DNA from: Octopus vulgaris
Lineage: Eukaryota
Reading direction: 5' to 3'
Length of the DNA stretch: 64,000 bases
NCBI GenBank assembly: GCA_951406725.2
Contig: OX597818.1
Location: 2,914,001-2,978,000 of the forward strand
Part shown: positions 62,236-64,000 of the stretch, one piece after another
How the letters are laid out: every line of letters begins with the position of its first letter
Numbering within the stretch: the first letter of the stretch is position 1
Notes under the pieces: model-generated
What the model was told of the DNA's origin: nothing
The model's database searches: none
What the model saw: the letters and a program-made list of their open reading frames with translations, nothing else
Position numbers and translations under genes: made by a program

Positions 62236-63250
62236 AGATGCTAAAGCATGTTTTGGAGATATTAATTTAAACTAACATCAAATATAGAAGATTATACCAA
62301 GTCACATCATATTTCCTAGTCCTATTTTTTTTTTTACTGTTTTTAGTCATACTTAAGGATGGTTAGCCAAAGTGCTGCCATTGTGTGCAGGAATAATGAT
62401 GGTTTCCATAAGACCTATATTTACATTGGTATAATCTTTATCAGCTGGGTGGTAAAATTCTTAGTGTCTTTATGCTCTGAGTTCACATACTACTGAGGTT
62501 GACTTTGCCTATCATTCTTTCATGGTTGATAAAATAAGTACAAGCTGTGCATGGAGGTGAATGCAATCGACTAGCCCCCTTCCCCAAATTTCAAGCATTA
62601 AGCCTATAATAGAAAGGACTACTATTATTATTAGTAGTAGTAGTTCTATCTTTGTAAGTTTATGCTAGGTTTAGTCTCAAGAGAATTGCATGTAATATTT
62701 AACATATTTGATGTATTTAAATGTGTTTAAAATGTGTTTAGATTAGTTATGTCTGTTGTAGACAGAATATCTTTATGCATAATATTGATTACTAGCTCCT
62801 TCAATTTTTTTATTTCTATCACAAGTCCTATAGTTGTATTTTGAGATTGATTTATTTTCTTTTGAATTACTATATCATGTTCTTTCCAAGTTCTTTGATC
62901 TTAGTTATAGTAGTTTGCAGTTGCTGTTCTATTTGTTAAATTTGGTGTAGCGAAGTACGATAATGCAACAGTGAATATGTCGAATATCCTATGGCATTTG
63001 TGCTGAGAATGAAAATCTTTCTTAAAGATGCTAAAGAATGTTTTGGGGATATTAATTTAAACTAACATCAAATATAGAAGATTATACCAAGTCACATCAT
63101 ATTTCCTAGTCCTATTTTTTTTTTACTGTTTTTAGTCATACTTAAGGATGGTTAGCCAAAGTGCTGCCATTGTGTGCAGGAATAATGATGGTTTCCATAA
63201 GACCTATATTTACATTGGTATAATCTTTATCAGCTGGGTGGTAAAATGCT
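62236..63250 (+). repeat. Local ~225 bp direct duplication (62236-~62460 and 63026-~63250)
   Basis: AGATGCTAAAG...CAGCTGGGTGGTAAAAT nearly identical in both copies. Confidence 0.9.
62465..62640 (+). mobile_element. Degraded Nin/Deu-domain SINE
   Basis: GTTGACTTTGCC..GTTGATAAAATAAGTAC, (ATT)n tail; homologous to 33865-34075. Confidence 0.6.
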
Positions 63251-63349
63251 TATGTAGGATATTTCTTTTCTCTTACAGGTAGATGTGTCTTTGGTATTGT
63301 TGCTTTTACTCCTTTTAGGATTCTTGGTATCAAAACGTTCCTGAACTAG

Positions 63350-63960
63350 TTATGTTTAATAAAAAATAATAACTTATTTACCTAAGTTTTAACATCATCT
63401 CCTTTGAAATGATCACCTTGCACAGTAATACACCAGTTCTAATGTTCCTGCCATTTTTGGAATCCAGCTTAGAAGCTGTTTTCCGTATATGAGTTGAGGG
63501 CCTTCTGTGATTCAATCTTGATCTCAACTGTGGTGTTTAAACGGCAACCTTTGAATTGCATTTTCATCTTGCAGAAGAGATAGAAGTCTGTAGGGGCTAA
63601 ATATGATGAATAGGACAGGTGCAGAAGCAATACCGTGTTGTTTTTGGTGAGAAACTCACAAGTGAGGAGAGCTCAGTGACAGAGTGCATTGTCATCATGA
63701 AGAATCCAATTCTTCACGGATGTTAGGATTGCCTGCATAGACCCATACAAGAGACCAACAACATCAGGAATGTTGTTGATTGTCCTCCAACAATCCTCAT
63801 GCACAAGCTAATGAATTTCCAGGAGTGACGCTCATGGCAGGTCTTCTAGATTGCTCATTGTCTTCTAGGGATGTTCTTCTGCTTTTGAAGCAACCATGCC
63901 ACTTGAAACATTGTGTGTGACCTATTGCCTTATCGCTGTAAGCTTGTTGAAGCATGCCCA
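63350..63960 (-). mobile_element. Degenerate mariner transposase fragment
   Basis: Minus strand SYSSYLAPTDFYLF and FQKWQEH..WCITVQGDHFKG. Confidence 0.7.
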
Positions 63961-64000
63961 ATATTTCTGTAGCAGTACATAAAAGAGAATTGTTGGTTTT

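Overview
AT-rich eukaryotic (metazoan) DNA. The SINE, RTE and Penelope repertoire suggests an octopus/cephalopod genome (inference). Almost the whole window is a nested transposable-element graveyard: head-to-tail non-autonomous Helitron arrays at both ends (in opposite orientations), R4/Dong-like and Tx1/L1-like LINEs, several RTE LINEs with a PHD-like finger inside ORF2, four Gypsy-type LTR elements with readable TSDs (one very young, non-coding, tRNA-Trp primed) plus one Gypsy remnant, two Penelope-like elements carrying hammerhead-like motifs, Tc1/mariner fragments, tRNA-derived SINEs and microsatellites. The only host-gene signal I can support is missed by the ORF track: three phase-compatible minus-strand exons at 36522-37316 encoding a winged-helix C-terminal region resembling meiotic HORMAD/Hop1 proteins. 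Most ORF-track entries are low-complexity or antisense artefacts. All family assignments are from motif recognition by eye; no searches were run.
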